Source of the DNA: Botryllus schlosseri
Lineage: Eukaryota
NCBI GenBank assembly: GCA_051294905.1
Contig: CM119371.1
Span: forward strand, 7,008,001-7,072,000
Direction of reading: 5' to 3'
DNA: 64,000 nt
Positions within the stretch are counted from its first letter, which is position 1; each line of letters starts with the position of its first letter. The translations under genes and the position numbers were made by a program. The notes under the pieces were generated by a model. It did no database searches and was not told the DNA's origin. It saw only the letters and a program-made list of their open reading frames with translations. Below are positions 62,111 through 64,000 of the stretch, piece by piece.

Positions 62111-62249
62111 GATTGGCAATAAACCACAATATATAATGTTCCTACGATTATTGTACCACTAATATATAGTCAAGCGCTGTTATTGAAGTAAAGATGAGAT
62201 TAGTTTTAACTCAAGACAAAAGTAAAATACCAACACGGAGATCGCACTG

Positions 62250-62720
62250 GGTTAAAATAGTGCGCAGCTATCAGATCCGGAGCACGTCCGGTTGAAATAG
62301 TGCGCAGCTATCACTGCTGTGGATATACTCAGCTATCGCAGCTATCACCAAAAATCGCAGACATACAGTTTATTTAAAGGTCACGTATCGTTTAGGGCGC
62401 AGCTATCAGCTTCGGAGCACGTCCTGGTTGAAATAGTGCGCAGCTATCAGCTCCGGAGCACGTCTGAGTTGAAATAGTGCGCAGCTATCAGCTCCGGAGC
62501 AAGTCTGTGTTAAAATAGTGCGCAGCTATCAGCTCCGGAGCACGTCTGAGTTGAAATAGTGCGCAGCTATCAGATCCGGAGCACGTCTGAGTTGAAATAG
62601 TGCGCAGCTATCAGCTCCGGAGCAAGTCTGGGTTGAAATAGTGCGCAGCTATCAGTTCCGGAGCACGTCTGAGTTGAAATAGTGCGCAGCTATCAGCTCC
62701 GGAGCACGTCTGGGTTGAAA
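62250..62720. repeat. 41-bp tandem repeat, probably the left arm of a second foldback element
   Basis: Unit GTTGAAATAGTGCGCAGCTATCAGCTCCGGAGCACGTCTGA; its reverse complement reappears at 63972-64000. Confidence 0.9.
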
Positions 62721-62810
62721 CACTGCGAAAAACTTGATGCCAGTACCATTAAAACATAGGGATTATAGAAATATACCAGCTTTTATTATCGTTGGAGCCA
62801 TTGTTTAATG

Positions 62811-63158
62811 CAGTGGTTCCCAACGTGGGCGATATCGCGGGGGCGAAAATGATGAACGGGGCGACAGGGGGCGAAAATGAAAAAAGGGGGCGACGGGGGG
62901 CGAAAATAGCGAAGGGGGAGATAGGAGGGCGATGACGCGTCAAAACGGCGGGCCTTTTTTTTAAGTCAACCCACTGAAATTTAGTTACAAAATTGTGTCA
63001 AACTAGACATCGAGCCGAAAATTTGACCTTTTTTTTTTAGTCAACCCGCCGGTGATTACAGTTTGTATGCTCAATTTTCGGTACACAAAATATGGGGGCG
63101 ATGATCGATGTTGACCTTGAAAAGGGGGCGATGGGTCGAAAAAGGTTGGGAACCACTG
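62811..63158. mobile_element. hAT MITE (GGGGCGA family)
   Basis: TIRs plus near-perfect TSD GTTTAATG / GTTTAAGG. Confidence 0.9.
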
Positions 63159-64000
63159 GTTTAAGGGGTTTATAACTGTAACCGGCCAATTATCGTATTA
63201 TATTGCCGATTCCATTGTTTACGAATAGAGATGTAGCAAGAATAGAACATTTATTAACCGTACTGAAATATAATATAATATTGTGTATGGTAAAATTAAG
63301 ATATTCAAATGGAAAAAGGGGCATGGATTTTGAACTGATATTTTGGAATCATTTGATTGATGCGGCCCGCGACACAAGTTGAGTTTGAGACCCCTGACCT
63401 AGGCGATGTAAAGAGGAGGCATCAACACTGAATGAAAAGCAAGGAAGATAGTATAAAAAAAAATAGTGATTTAATCGACAGCGATTACTTGATGACTTGA
63501 AATTGACACGTAAATTTTGCTCCGAGTCATGACTCGAGTCAGGGTTGTAATGACTCGAGTCACAATTTTCTGATGACTCGACTTGACTCAAGTCATATTC
63601 TCAAAATACGGAAATGACTCGACTCGACTCGAGTCTATATGTGTACATGACTCGAACCAAGTCATATGACTCGACACTCAGACGGCCAAGACCGACATTT
63701 TATTGCAGTTTCGAAGAATAGTAAATTAGTCACCCTATTGTTACTGATACTTGAAAATGCGACCAGAAACTATTAAAAGTGAGGAAAATTAGTATATTAT
63801 AAATGCGAACCATTCGATATCACCAAACAGAGTTATAGAAAGTGGGTTTGACAAGACTATAAATGGAAAATGAGCAGTCAACACAATCACTTGGACTTGG
63901 ACTCGAGTCAAAATACCATGACTCGGACTCGAACCTCTGCTCGATGACTTGGACTCGGACTTGAATCGGTGGCTGCGCACTATTTCAACTCAGACTTGCT

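Noticed and set aside
62250..62720. CRISPR-like regular repeats (also the 141-bp arrays)
   Set aside because: Units are head-to-tail with no unique spacers, there are no cas genes, and the context is eukaryotic.

Overview
Eukaryotic (metazoan) nuclear DNA, judged from GT-AG introns, TTAGGG-like tracts, tRNA-derived SINEs and animal-type DNA transposons. A marine invertebrate such as an ascidian is plausible but cannot be proven from this window. The window is a tandem, same-strand (-) array of five BTB-BACK-Kelch (KLHL-like, putative Cullin-3 substrate adaptor) genes whose CDSs have no introns. One copy is cut by the left edge, three are intact (541-542 aa), and one is a pseudogene split by a 5.5-kb foldback transposon and also frameshifted. 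The BTB domains are nearly identical, while the kelch loops that should form the substrate-binding face differ in every copy, which suggests a diversifying, possibly immune-type, ubiquitin-ligase adaptor family. The spacers are duplicated blocks densely invaded by transposons, many with clean TSDs: MULE, foldback, hAT, piggyBac-like, Kolobok-like, EnSpm-like, a solo LTR, SINEs, CR1/L2-type 3' ends and probable P-superfamily excision footprints. The foldback element carries an intact, spliced Myb/SANT-like gene but no transposase. All family assignments are by eye; no searches were run.
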